Shown one piece after another: positions 9,788 through 17,909 of a DNA stretch of 64,000 nt. The stretch comes from Candidatus Latescibacterota bacterium. Its GTDB lineage: Bacteria > Latescibacterota > UBA2968 > UBA8231. The stretch lies in assembly GCA_964291625.2 (NCBI GenBank), contig OZ220089.1, positions 3,136,001 to 3,200,000 of the forward strand. Reading direction: 5' to 3'. The stretch's first letter is position 1, and the number at the start of each line of letters is the position of its first letter. Made by a program: the position numbers and the translations under genes. The notes below the pieces were generated by a model, which saw nothing but the letters and a program-made list of their open reading frames with translations, did not search any database and was not told the DNA's origin.

Positions 9788-10429
9788 CTAGTTGCCTGCC
9801 TCTTCCTCGCTCCAGTCGGTTGGAGGCCACGCCTCGATCTCCTGGCCCATGGCACGCACCAAGACCCCGAAGGAACCGGTCAGCTTCCGAAAGGATCGGC
9901 TCCGGCGGTAGGCATCCGGCAACGAGAACCTGGCACTGAAGGCCGGCTGATCCGTGCGCTCCAAGTAGCTGGAGCCAGCCTGCATCCAGCCTTCCAGCTG
10001 CTCCTTTGCGCCAAGAGGACCTTCGGGATCCGGATGAGGTCGTGCGTCATCCCTGATCCCGCGATGTCCGCGTAACGACTCGAGGGCGGCCAGGAACCAG
10101 GCTTCGTATTCCCGATGGGCGAGGACGACACCACAGGGTATGCCGCCGGCTGCAGAAGCTGCCCAGGCTTGCACGGCCGGGCCCAGCTCGGCGGGGCAGT
10201 CCGAGTTGCCGTCGAACAGAATCAGGACCGCGCCACAGTCCGGTTGCAGCAGTGCCAGCCTTACCGCTCGCATCACTTCGGTTTCTCGCACAAGCTCATT
10301 GCGGCGTCGCCGGATCGGCCTTCCGATGCCGACATTCCAGGCTTGAGCCTCGTCGACCAGCCGGCGCAGCAGTACCGGAAAGGCCTCCACGTCTCCGTGA
10401 CCCTCCACGATAGGCTGAATCATCGCCAT
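9788..10429 (-). CDS. DUF4276-family (TOPRIM-like) protein
   Basis: IVEGHGD, ILFDGNSDCPA, EYEAWFLA, Y..RTDQP, RSRSFRKL; overlaps the upstream ATPase. Confidence 0.78.
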   Translation of the reverse strand: MAMIQPIVEGHGDVEAFPVLLRRLVDEAQAWNVGIGRPIRRRRNELVRETEVMRAVRLALLQPDCGAVLILFDGNSDCPAELGPAVQAWAASAAGGIPCGVVLAHREYEAWFLAALESLRGHRGIRDDARPHPDPEGPLGAKEQLEGWMQAGSSYLERTDQPAFSARFSLPDAYRRSRSFRKLTGSFGVLVRAMGQEIEAWPPTDWSEEEAGN

Positions 10430-11643
10430 GGCAGTTCTTCCTCGAACAGCCGGTACTGGCCCGGATCCTGATCGGAAAGCGTGGCGGGGGTCAGGGCGTT
10501 CGAGCGGAGCAACTCCCCCGCTCCCATCAGATGTTCCCCAAGGGCCGCCCGAGTTGCCGGGGAGACCTGGCTGACCCTGGTCGCCCCCTGCTGGCAGGTG
10601 GCGATCCGGAGGTGGTAGTCCTCGATCCAGTCTGCATCGAGGATATCCGGGCTGTGTGTTGTAACCACCACCTGCATGGAACGTCCCGCGTGGCGTAGCA
10701 GATCGAGGACCGCTCCGAGAGCACCTGGATGTATGGTGGCCTCCGGTTCTTCAATCACGAGGAGCGAGGGCGTGGGCTGCTGGAAGACTGCGGCGAGCAA
10801 CCCCACCACACGGAGGGTGCCGTCGGACATGTTGTAGGCCTCGAACTTCACTGGCTCCGACTGCTCCCAGTCCTGGGCGAACTCCAACGTCAGCTTGCTG
10901 CCCAGTTTCTTGGTCTGGAGGCCCACGGTCCCGGGGACGATGCTTGCCAGGAGCTCCAGGATTCGCGGCCAATCATCAGGAGATAGTCGCTGGATCTCGC
11001 GCAGCACACTGGCGGCGTTGCTGCCATCCGCACGCAGGCGAGCTCCGCTGTCCGGATCCTGCAGGTCTCGGAGCATCGCCGGCTCGATCTGGTACACCTG
11101 CATTCCTACCAGGAATCGCCACACCGCCTGGAACCGGGCGTCGCCCGCCACCAGGGGTAGCGCCAAGGCGCCAGGTTCCATGACCGGCTCCAGGGAGTCT
11201 GCAGTGCTCGTCCAGTCTATTGAAGTGCGCTTCGGGGACGTGGAGCGATCGAACCAATCTGTCGATCCATCCGACTTCTTCACGACACACTGCTCGCGCA
11301 CTACCTCGAAGCGGTGGCCCTTCAGGGCGCGCAGCTCGAACCCGTATCGTGCCCGGGAGGTATCGGGGTCTGGGTTCTTCAACTGAACGGCCAGACCCAG
11401 ATTCGATGGGCGTCCTCTCGCGGAACTTCGATGGGCAACCGTGGCCAATCCGCCGCGATGCTCGAGGACGGCCTGCAAGGGCGAAACCATGGCCTCCACG
11501 AGGAAGGCGAAGGCGTCGGCGAAGTTGCTCTTTCCGGAGCCGTTCTGACCGACGAGGAAGGTCGGGTTGGCGAATTCCACCTGCTCCGACCGGAGGCTGC
11601 GGAAACGCTGCAATACCAACCGGCTCAGGACGGGTTCGGGCAT
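10420..11643 (-). CDS. AAA_21-type ABC ATPase
   Basis: Walker A GQNGSGKS; signature MSDGTLR; Walker B IEEPE; H-loop TTHSP. Confidence 0.9.
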   Translation of the reverse strand: MPEPVLSRLVLQRFRSLRSEQVEFANPTFLVGQNGSGKSNFADAFAFLVEAMVSPLQAVLEHRGGLATVAHRSSARGRPSNLGLAVQLKNPDPDTSRARYGFELRALKGHRFEVVREQCVVKKSDGSTDWFDRSTSPKRTSIDWTSTADSLEPVMEPGALALPLVAGDARFQAVWRFLVGMQVYQIEPAMLRDLQDPDSGARLRADGSNAASVLREIQRLSPDDWPRILELLASIVPGTVGLQTKKLGSKLTLEFAQDWEQSEPVKFEAYNMSDGTLRVVGLLAAVFQQPTPSLLVIEEPEATIHPGALGAVLDLLRHAGRSMQVVVTTHSPDILDADWIEDYHLRIATCQQGATRVSQVSPATRAALGEHLMGAGELLRSNALTPATLSDQDPGQYRLFEEELPWR

Positions 11644-11652
11644 GGCCTCCGC

Positions 11653-11787
11653 CTACTCTGGACTGAGCGACTTCCCGGAGTTCACGACTCCAGCCGCGCC
11701 GCCCTTCCTGGTCACGCAGACAGGATCACACTGGGCAGCCTTCAGCAGTCGGACGAATCGGTCGCGGGCTTCCCAGGCGGGATGACT
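11653..11787 (-). pseudogene. Decayed Phd/YefM antitoxin copy
   Basis: Reads HPAWEARDRFVRLLKAAQCDPVCVTRKGGAAGVV...* versus intact IAAREAKNRFGRLLDAAQSGPVCVTKKGRAVSVM; hand count 64/85 nt identical, ungapped, to 12899-12983; in-frame TAG where the start should be; truncated C-terminus. Confidence 0.8.
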
Positions 11788-11814
11788 CTACTCGCTAACA
11801 GAACTTACGGTCTC

Positions 11815-12327
11815 TCAAGCCCCCGCGAACCCCTCCACGTCCACGTCGATGACCAGTCCCCGCTCGTCGTCGAAGTCGACCTCGACGGAGTGGGTCTGGT
11901 AGTCCTGGTCGCCGCGGGCCGTGTGGTAGACCTCGGTCCCCTCCAGGCAGATGGGCATGGTGTGCCACACCTCCAGCCCCAGGCAGACGCCGAGTCGGCC
12001 GTCGGAGTGGAAGGCGCGCAGGTCCTCGGGGTTCAGGCTCGGGCCGGGCGCGGCCACGAGAAAGACGGTGGGACAGTGCCGCGTAGGGTAGAAGGACTGG
12101 CCGGCGTCGTCGTGGCAGGCGAAGTGGGCGCGCAGCCGGCCCTCGGACAGGGAGAGCTTCTCCGGCGGCGGGTCCGAGACATCCGCGGTCACCGTGTAGT
12201 GGTTCTCCGTGAGGCCGCCGATCCGCACTTCCGGCCGGGTCTCGTCGAAGGTCCTGATGACGCTCCCGAAGGGCGCGAAGGCCTCGGGCGTGAGGGGCTC
12301 GACGGGGACCTTGTGGATCTTCAGCAT
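11815..12327 (-). CDS. Ureidoglycolate lyase-like cupin
   Basis: VEPLTPEAFAPFGSVI N-terminus; H...Q.F.P; LVAAP...LRAF...GV.L..EVWH. Confidence 0.72.
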   Translation of the reverse strand: MLKIHKVPVEPLTPEAFAPFGSVIRTFDETRPEVRIGGLTENHYTVTADVSDPPPEKLSLSEGRLRAHFACHDDAGQSFYPTRHCPTVFLVAAPGPSLNPEDLRAFHSDGRLGVCLGLEVWHTMPICLEGTEVYHTARGDQDYQTHSVEVDFDDERGLVIDVDVEGFAGA

Positions 12328-12339
12328 GGGTAGACTCTC
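12292..12339. repeat. Direct repeat copy 1 (RBS and first 12 codons of the lyase gene)
   Basis: GAGGGGCTCGACGGGGACCTTGTGGATCTTCAGCATGGGTAGACTCTC; matches 13038-13083. Confidence 0.9.
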
Positions 12340-12757
12340 ATCGAGGTATCGATCCCAGGAAGTCGGTTGGACTCAGGATCGGAATGTCCTGAAAGGGGGA
12401 CATGACCCGGAGATCCTGATCTCCCGTGACGATGCAGTCCGCCTCTCCCATGATCGCGGTTTCGAGCAGCTTGTCGTCTTCGGGGTCTCGGCATCCGAGC
12501 TTGGTGCCCATGATCGGCACCCACTCCGAGACGGCTTCGAGCTGGGCCAGGTAGACGGATCTGGCGGGCCGACCGACATAGGGGTCGAACTTCGGAGACC
12601 GGAGCCGCGTTCGCAGTTCGTGGAAGGTCTCGTCGGAGAAGAGCAGCACCCCGTTCCGCGCTCGCATCGCATCCACTACCTGGCGTGGCGAACCGCTCGG
12701 TCGAAGTGCAGCGCTGATGAGGACGTTCGTATCGAGAACGACGCGCTCAGCTCTCAT
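12338..12757 (-). CDS. PIN-domain toxin (PIN_3/VapC-like)
   Basis: VVLDTNVLISAAL; CRDPEDDKLLETA; IVTGDQDL; overlaps the antitoxin. Confidence 0.92.
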   Translation of the reverse strand: MRAERVVLDTNVLISAALRPSGSPRQVVDAMRARNGVLLFSDETFHELRTRLRSPKFDPYVGRPARSVYLAQLEAVSEWVPIMGTKLGCRDPEDDKLLETAIMGEADCIVTGDQDLRVMSPFQDIPILSPTDFLGSIPR

Positions 12758-12998
12758 CAGCGAGGAGTGCTTCGAGCCCGGCGTCGGTCAATCCGCGGGC
12801 GCCCGCTTCGGCTCCCAGGCTGTCCATGGTCGCCGTCAAGCGCTCCCACGCGGCTCCGCGCAACCGCTCGTACTGCTCCATGGACATCATCACGCTGACC
12901 GCGCGGCCTTTCTTGGTCACGCAGACAGGGCCGCTCTGGGCGGCGTCGAGGAGACGGCCGAATCGGTTCTTGGCTTCTCTTGCAGCGATCTCTTTCAT
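12747..12998 (-). CDS. Phd/YefM-family antitoxin
   Basis: MKEIAAREAKNRFGRLLDAAQSGPVCVTKKGRAVSVMMSMEQYE. Confidence 0.92.
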   Translation of the reverse strand: MKEIAAREAKNRFGRLLDAAQSGPVCVTKKGRAVSVMMSMEQYERLRGAAWERLTATMDSLGAEAGARGLTDAGLEALLADES

Positions 12999-13033
12999 AT
13001 AGCCATAGTAGCTATTTCAGCTTGCCCGGCCAA
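12999..13033 (-). promoter_or_regulatory. TA promoter with overlapping palindromic operator; leaderless
   Basis: TTGGCC-N17-TACTAT, 6 nt before the ATG; inverted repeat ATAGCCA-tag-TAGCTAT (12999-13015) covers the -10. Confidence 0.72.
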
Positions 13034-13037
13034 GGCA

Positions 13038-13083
13038 GAGGGGCTCGACGGGGACCTTGAAGATCTCCAGCATGGGGACTCTC
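13038..13083. repeat. Direct repeat copy 2 (orphan 5' stub of the lyase gene, MLEIFKVPVEPL)
   Basis: GAGGGGCTCGACGGGGACCTTGAAGATCTCCAGCATGGGGACTCTC; first 22 nt identical to copy 1, then 3 substitutions and a 2-nt gap. Confidence 0.9.
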
Positions 13084-13133
13084 GGTCGGGGGGATGTCGC
13101 TGCGACGCGCTTGCGGCGGGCGTCTGCCGGGGC

Positions 13134-13844
13134 TCAGCGGCCCCGGTTCCGCCGCCACTCCTCGAACTCGCGTTGCCCCTCCTCGTCGAGGGGGTACGTC
13201 CCGTGGAGGGGGGCGCCGGCGCGGATCCTCTCGGTGATGAACTCCTCCTTCAGCTCCTGCGCCTCGGCCTCGGCGGCCACCTCCTCGGCCAGGTGGGCGG
13301 GGATCGCCACCACGCCTTCGCCGTCGCCGATGATCACGTCGCCGGGGAAGACGGCCACCCCTCCGCAGGCCACGGGCACCTGGATCTCGCTCGGGTAGTG
13401 GATGGTCTTGTTCGTGTGGGCGTTCATGGCGCGGGCGTAGGCCGGGAAGCCGCTGGCGGCGATGGCGGGGCTGTCGCGGTAGGCGCCGTCGGTGACCACC
13501 CCCGCGGCGCCGAGGCGGGCCATCCTCGCGGCCAGGATCGATCCCATGGTGCCGGCCCGGGTGTCGCCGCGGGCGTCGATGACGAGCACGTCCGCCGGCT
13601 GCATCTGCTCGATGCCGACCCGCTGCTTGTCGGTGAGGTTGTCCATGGGCACGTCCACGAGGTCCTCCCGCGCCGGGATGTAGCGCAGGGTGAAGGCGGG
13701 ACCCGCCATGCTCGTGTCGGGCCGCAGGGGCGCCACCTCGTGGAGGAAGGTGTTGCCGAGGCCGTGGCCCTTCAGCACCGAGGTCAGGGTCGCCGTGCTC
13801 GGGACCCGCAGGCGGTCGAGGGTCTGTTGCGTGACCTGCGCCAT
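13134..13844 (-). CDS. RraA-like / HMG-CHA aldolase family protein
   Basis: Start MAQVTQQ at 13844; GPAFTLRYIPARED; VLVIDARG; GVVTDGAYRD; GGVAVFPGDVIIGDGEGVV. Confidence 0.87.
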   Translation of the reverse strand: MAQVTQQTLDRLRVPSTATLTSVLKGHGLGNTFLHEVAPLRPDTSMAGPAFTLRYIPAREDLVDVPMDNLTDKQRVGIEQMQPADVLVIDARGDTRAGTMGSILAARMARLGAAGVVTDGAYRDSPAIAASGFPAYARAMNAHTNKTIHYPSEIQVPVACGGVAVFPGDVIIGDGEGVVAIPAHLAEEVAAEAEAQELKEEFITERIRAGAPLHGTYPLDEEGQREFEEWRRNRGR

Positions 13845-14899
13845 CAGCGGATGCGGCCCCGGGCCTCGACGGGCCACACGGCTTCCACCCGGTCGCCGCG
13901 CACGGCGGCGATCTCGTCGTGCTCGTTGAAGGTCGGGCACGGGTGGACGGGGATGATCTCCAGGCGCTCGCCGATCCGGGGCTTCGGGTCGCATCGGGAG
14001 ACGTCCAGGTGGCCGTGCTCCTCGGAGGCGCCCGACAGCCGCGCCTCGGGGTACTCGACGACATGGCCCAGGAGGCCGCCGCGCTCGTCGTGGTGCACGG
14101 CCAGGCTCAGGGACTTGCCGCCGGCGTCGAGGATGGCGCGGTCGGCGCCGGGCCGGCTGACCACGGTGGTGAGCACCCGTCCGGCGCACTGCTCCACCGT
14201 GTGGGTGCCCACCTGCAGGTGCTTCATGCCTCCCACGGGATACTCGCCGGCGCGGTGCTCGGTCAGCTCCGGGACCTCGTGGGCCGTCCACATGCAGGGG
14301 GAGGCGCCGCCGCTGACGATGGGGTGGGGCAGGCCCCGGGCGTCGAGGCCGCTGAGCACCGCCTGCAGCAGGGGCCGGCAGGACGGCGGCGACGGCATGA
14401 TCATGATGCCGCGCAGGTCCAGGCCCGGCAGGGAATCGATGAGGGCCGCCATGTCGGCGATGGCGGCGGGGGTCCCCACCCCGGTGCGTCCCTGGTCCAC
14501 CTCGACGACGACGCCCACGCGGGTCCCGGAAGCGGTCATCGCCTCGGACAGCCCCCGCGCGGTGTACTCCGAGTCGGCGGCCACCGTCAGCCGCGTCCGC
14601 GGCGCCAGGGCGGCGAGCCGCTCCAGCTTGATCCTCCCCACGATGTTGTAGGGGATGAGGACGTCGCGGTCGACGCCGCCGTCGACCATGACCTCGGCCT
14701 CGCCGAGCTTCTGGCAGACGATGCCCATGGCGCCGCGGTCCATCTGCATGCGCGAGATGGCCAGGCACTTGTGGGTCTTGATGTGGGGCCGCAGGCCGAC
14801 ATGGTGCTCGTCGCAGTAGGCCTGGGCGCGGTCGAGGTTCTCCTCCAGGGCGTCGAGGTGGACGAGCAGGAAGGGGGTGTCGAGGTCGTCGATGTGCAT
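13844..14899 (-). CDS. DSD1 / D-threonine-aldolase-type PLP enzyme (alanine racemase fold)
   Basis: LDTPFLLV; LRPHIKTHK (PLP Lys); ILDAGGKSL; SEEHGH; IIPVHPC. Confidence 0.88.
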   Translation of the reverse strand: MHIDDLDTPFLLVHLDALEENLDRAQAYCDEHHVGLRPHIKTHKCLAISRMQMDRGAMGIVCQKLGEAEVMVDGGVDRDVLIPYNIVGRIKLERLAALAPRTRLTVAADSEYTARGLSEAMTASGTRVGVVVEVDQGRTGVGTPAAIADMAALIDSLPGLDLRGIMIMPSPPSCRPLLQAVLSGLDARGLPHPIVSGGASPCMWTAHEVPELTEHRAGEYPVGGMKHLQVGTHTVEQCAGRVLTTVVSRPGADRAILDAGGKSLSLAVHHDERGGLLGHVVEYPEARLSGASEEHGHLDVSRCDPKPRIGERLEIIPVHPCPTFNEHDEIAAVRGDRVEAVWPVEARGRIR

Positions 14900-14925
14900 G
14901 GGCTCTCCGGCTGAAAGGGGCGCTC

Positions 14926-14993
14926 ACGATAGACCGGCCCGGCTCGAACCGTCAAGGCGGCTCTTGCCGGCGGCGGACCCGTCCCCCTAGCAT
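14926..14993. promoter_or_regulatory. Back-to-back sigma70-like promoters
   Basis: Minus strand: TTGACG(14955-14950)-N18-TATCGT. Plus strand: TTGCCG(14964)-N18-TAGCAT, 6 nt before ATG 15000. Confidence 0.55.
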
Positions 14994-14999
14994 GGCGCC

Positions 15000-15572
15000 A
15001 TGCCCATGGACCTGAAGCCTGGCGAGCCCGCCGCCTTCCTCTGCGCCGTCATGGCCCGCGGCGCCGAGGCCGTGAACGAGGCCGTGGCCGCCCTGGCCAT
15101 GCGCTTCGGAGCGGTCCGGGCCCGCAGCCCGGTCTGGGCCTTCGACATGAGCGGCTACTACGAGGCCGAGATGGGGCCGGGGCTGGCGAAGGGCCTCGTG
15201 TGGCTCGGCGATCCCGTCGACCCGGAGCGACTCGCCGGGCGCAAGCGGCAGACTCTAACCTTCGAGCGGGAGCGCGCCGTGGAGGGCGCCGGGGGCGACC
15301 TGCGGCGCACGGTGAACGTCGACCCGGGACTGCTCTCGGAGGAGAGCCTGGTGCTGGCCACCACCAAGGCCAGCGGCCACCGCGTGGCCATCGGGACGGG
15401 CCTGTGGGCCGAGGTGACCCTGCGCTTTGAGCGGGGCGAGTACCGGCCGCTGCCGTGGACCTACCCGGACTACCGACAACCGGAGGTGGGGGAGTTCCTG
15501 CTGGGGGTGCGGCGGCGGCTGCGGGAGCTGCGCCGGGCGCGCGGCGCGGGCGCTACGGGTGGGGCGCCATGA
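15000..15572 (+). CDS. DUF4416-family protein
   Basis: YYEAEMGPGL; RTVNVDPG; LVLATTK..HRV; PLPWTYPDY. Confidence 0.82.
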   Translation: MPMDLKPGEPAAFLCAVMARGAEAVNEAVAALAMRFGAVRARSPVWAFDMSGYYEAEMGPGLAKGLVWLGDPVDPERLAGRKRQTLTFERERAVEGAGGDLRRTVNVDPGLLSEESLVLATTKASGHRVAIGTGLWAEVTLRFERGEYRPLPWTYPDYRQPEVGEFLLGVRRRLRELRRARGAGATGGAP

Positions 15573-15870
15573 AGACGAGGACCACGAGGCGGCCGCCGCT
15601 GGTGTTGGCGACGCCGTGGTCCTCGCCCGGCGGGCAGAGGACCGCCCAGCCGGCGTCGAGCTCGCGGGACTCGCCGCCCACGGTGAAGGTGCCGCGGCCC
15701 TCGAGGACGCAGTAGATCTTGTCGTTGTCGTCGTGGCTGTGGAGGGCCTGCTCCTGGCCCGGCTCGAAGCAGTAGATGTCGCAGAACATCCTCTCCGACT
15801 CGAAGAGGTTCACCTTCTGGAACTTCTCCCCGGAGAAGCTCCGTTCCTCCTGCCAGCGCTTGGCGTTCAT
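15553..15870 (-). CDS. Cupin_2 domain protein
   Basis: Start MNAKRW at 15870; FEPGQEQALHSH...KIYCVLEGRG...PPGEDHGVAN. Confidence 0.85.
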   Translation of the reverse strand: MNAKRWQEERSFSGEKFQKVNLFESERMFCDIYCFEPGQEQALHSHDDNDKIYCVLEGRGTFTVGGESRELDAGWAVLCPPGEDHGVANTSGGRLVVLVFMAPHP

Positions 15871-15878
15871 CCTCGGCC

Positions 15879-17009
15879 TCAGCGGTCCGCCAGGGGCCGG
15901 AAGGCCCTCTCCTCGGGACCGGTGTAGATGTGGTTCGGGCGGATCAGGCGGTTGTCCTCCTGCTGCTCGACGACGTGGGCGGCCCAGCCGGCGACCCGGC
16001 TGGCCACGAAGATCGGCGTGTAGAGGGGGATCGGCAGCCCCATGGTGTAGAAGGTCCAGGCCGCGGGGAAGTCGACGTTGGGGAAGATCCCCTTCTCGGA
16101 GAGCATCGTCTCCTCCACGGCGTCGGCGATGCGCAGCCAGCGGCTCTCTCCCGTGGCCTCCACCACCCGGCGCCCCTCCTCGGTGACGGCGGGCACCCGC
16201 GAGTCCCCGCTCTTGTACTCGCGGTGGCCGAAGCCCATGATCTTGCGCTTCTGCGCCAGGGCCTCCAGCACCCACGGGCGCGCCCGCTCGGTCTCGCCGA
16301 TGTCCAGCATCATCTCCATGGCCGCCTCGTTGGCGCCGCCGTGGAGGGGGCCCATGAGGGCGGCGATGCCCGCCGTGACCGCCGCGTGCAGGTCGGCCAG
16401 GGTCGAGGCCGCCACCCTGGCGGCGAAGGAGGAGGCGTTGAAGCCGTGCTCGGAGTAGAGCATGAGGGCCACGTCCAGGGCGCGCACGGCGTGCTCCGCG
16501 GGCCGGCGGCCGTGCACCATGTAGAGGAGGTTGGCGGCGTGGCCAAGCTCCGGGTCGGGGGGGACCGGCTCCAGGCCGTTGGCGCAGCGGTGGGCGGCGG
16601 CGAGGATCGTGGGGACCTTGGCCAGCAGCCGCTCCGCCTTGCGCAGGGTGGCCTCGCGGCTGATGTCGCGGGCCTCGGGGTCGGTCAACCCGAGGGCGGA
16701 GACCGCCGAGCGCAGGACCGCCATCGACTGCGCTTCCGCCGGGGTCCGGCGCAGCAGCTCCTCCACCGCCGGCGGCAGGCCGCGCTCGGCGCCCAGGCGG
16801 TCCTGGAACTCGCCGAGCTGCGCGGCCGTGGGCAGCTCTCCGTAGAGCAGCAGCCAGGCGACCTCCTCGAAGACGGCCTGCCGGGTGATCTCCACCAGGT
16901 CGTAGCCCCGGACGATCAGCCGGTTGGCCTCGAAGTCGATCCGGGAGATCGCCGACTCGCCGGCGATGACCCCGGCCAGCCCGGGGCTGTACTCGGGGCG
17001 CTCAGCCAT
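15879..17009 (-). CDS. prpC: 2-methylcitrate/citrate synthase
   Basis: GLAGVIAG; EHGFNASSF; GPLHGGANE; IMGFGHREYKSGDSR; PNVDF; directly follows prpB. Confidence 0.82.
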   Translation of the reverse strand: MAERPEYSPGLAGVIAGESAISRIDFEANRLIVRGYDLVEITRQAVFEEVAWLLLYGELPTAAQLGEFQDRLGAERGLPPAVEELLRRTPAEAQSMAVLRSAVSALGLTDPEARDISREATLRKAERLLAKVPTILAAAHRCANGLEPVPPDPELGHAANLLYMVHGRRPAEHAVRALDVALMLYSEHGFNASSFAARVAASTLADLHAAVTAGIAALMGPLHGGANEAAMEMMLDIGETERARPWVLEALAQKRKIMGFGHREYKSGDSRVPAVTEEGRRVVEATGESRWLRIADAVEETMLSEKGIFPNVDFPAAWTFYTMGLPIPLYTPIFVASRVAGWAAHVVEQQEDNRLIRPNHIYTGPEERAFRPLADR

Positions 17010-17901
17010 CGCCGCCCTTTCCCGCCAGCCGGCGGTCCATCGCCTCGTACTCGGGGTAGCGGAGCAGCTCGTAGAGCTCCTCCCGCGTCTGCATGCGGTC
17101 GAGCCAGGCCGCCGGCGAGCCGTGGTCGCGGATCTCGGCGAGGACGCCCTCGACGGCTTTCATCATGACCCGGAAGGTCGTCATGGGGAAGATCACCATG
17201 GCGTAGCCGAGGTCGGTGAACTGTTGGGCCGTGAGGGGCGGGGTCTTGCCGAACTCGGTCATGTTGGCCAGCAGCGGACCCTGCACCCGCTCGGCGTAGC
17301 GGCCGAACTCGTCCTCGGTCCGCAGGGCCTCGATGAAGATGGCGTCGGCGCCGGCCTCCAGGTAGCGGCGGCCGCGCTCGACGCTGGCGTCGAACCCCTC
17401 CACGGCGCGCGCGTCGGTGCGCGCCACCAGCAGGAAGTCGGGGTTCTCCCGGGCCTCCGCCGCGGCGGCGAGCTTGCTCTCCATCTCGGCCGCGGGGACC
17501 AGCCCTTTGCCGTCGAGGTGGCCGCAGCGCTTGGGCATGACCTGGTCCTCGAGGTGGATGCCGGCCACGCCGGCGGCCTCGAAGGCGCGCACCGTGCGCA
17601 TCACCTGCAGGGCTTCGCCGAAGCCGGTGTCGGCGTCGCACAGGGCCGGCACCTCCACGGCGTCGGCGATGGTCCCCGCGGCGCCGGCGACCTGCTCCAT
17701 GCCGAGGAGGGCGATGTCGGGGTACCCGGCGCTGTTGATCAGCCCCGCCCCCGAGATGTAGACCGCCTCGAAGCCCAGCTTCTGGGCGAGCATGGCCACC
17801 GGCGCGTTGAAGCACCCCGGCATCACCACCGTGCCGGCGGCGATCGCCCGTCGCAGGGCGGCGGCCTTGTCCGCCGGCGGGGTGCGCTGGGAGAGGAGCA
17901 T
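17002..17901 (-). CDS. prpB: Methylisocitrate lyase
   Basis: Start MLLSQR at 17901; DADTGFG; EDQVMPKRCGH; ARTDA; LLANMTEFGKTP; MQTREELYE. Confidence 0.9.
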   Translation of the reverse strand: MLLSQRTPPADKAAALRRAIAAGTVVMPGCFNAPVAMLAQKLGFEAVYISGAGLINSAGYPDIALLGMEQVAGAAGTIADAVEVPALCDADTGFGEALQVMRTVRAFEAAGVAGIHLEDQVMPKRCGHLDGKGLVPAAEMESKLAAAAEARENPDFLLVARTDARAVEGFDASVERGRRYLEAGADAIFIEALRTEDEFGRYAERVQGPLLANMTEFGKTPPLTAQQFTDLGYAMVIFPMTTFRVMMKAVEGVLAEIRDHGSPAAWLDRMQTREELYELLRYPEYEAMDRRLAGKGGDG

Positions 17902-17909
17902 TGGGAGCC

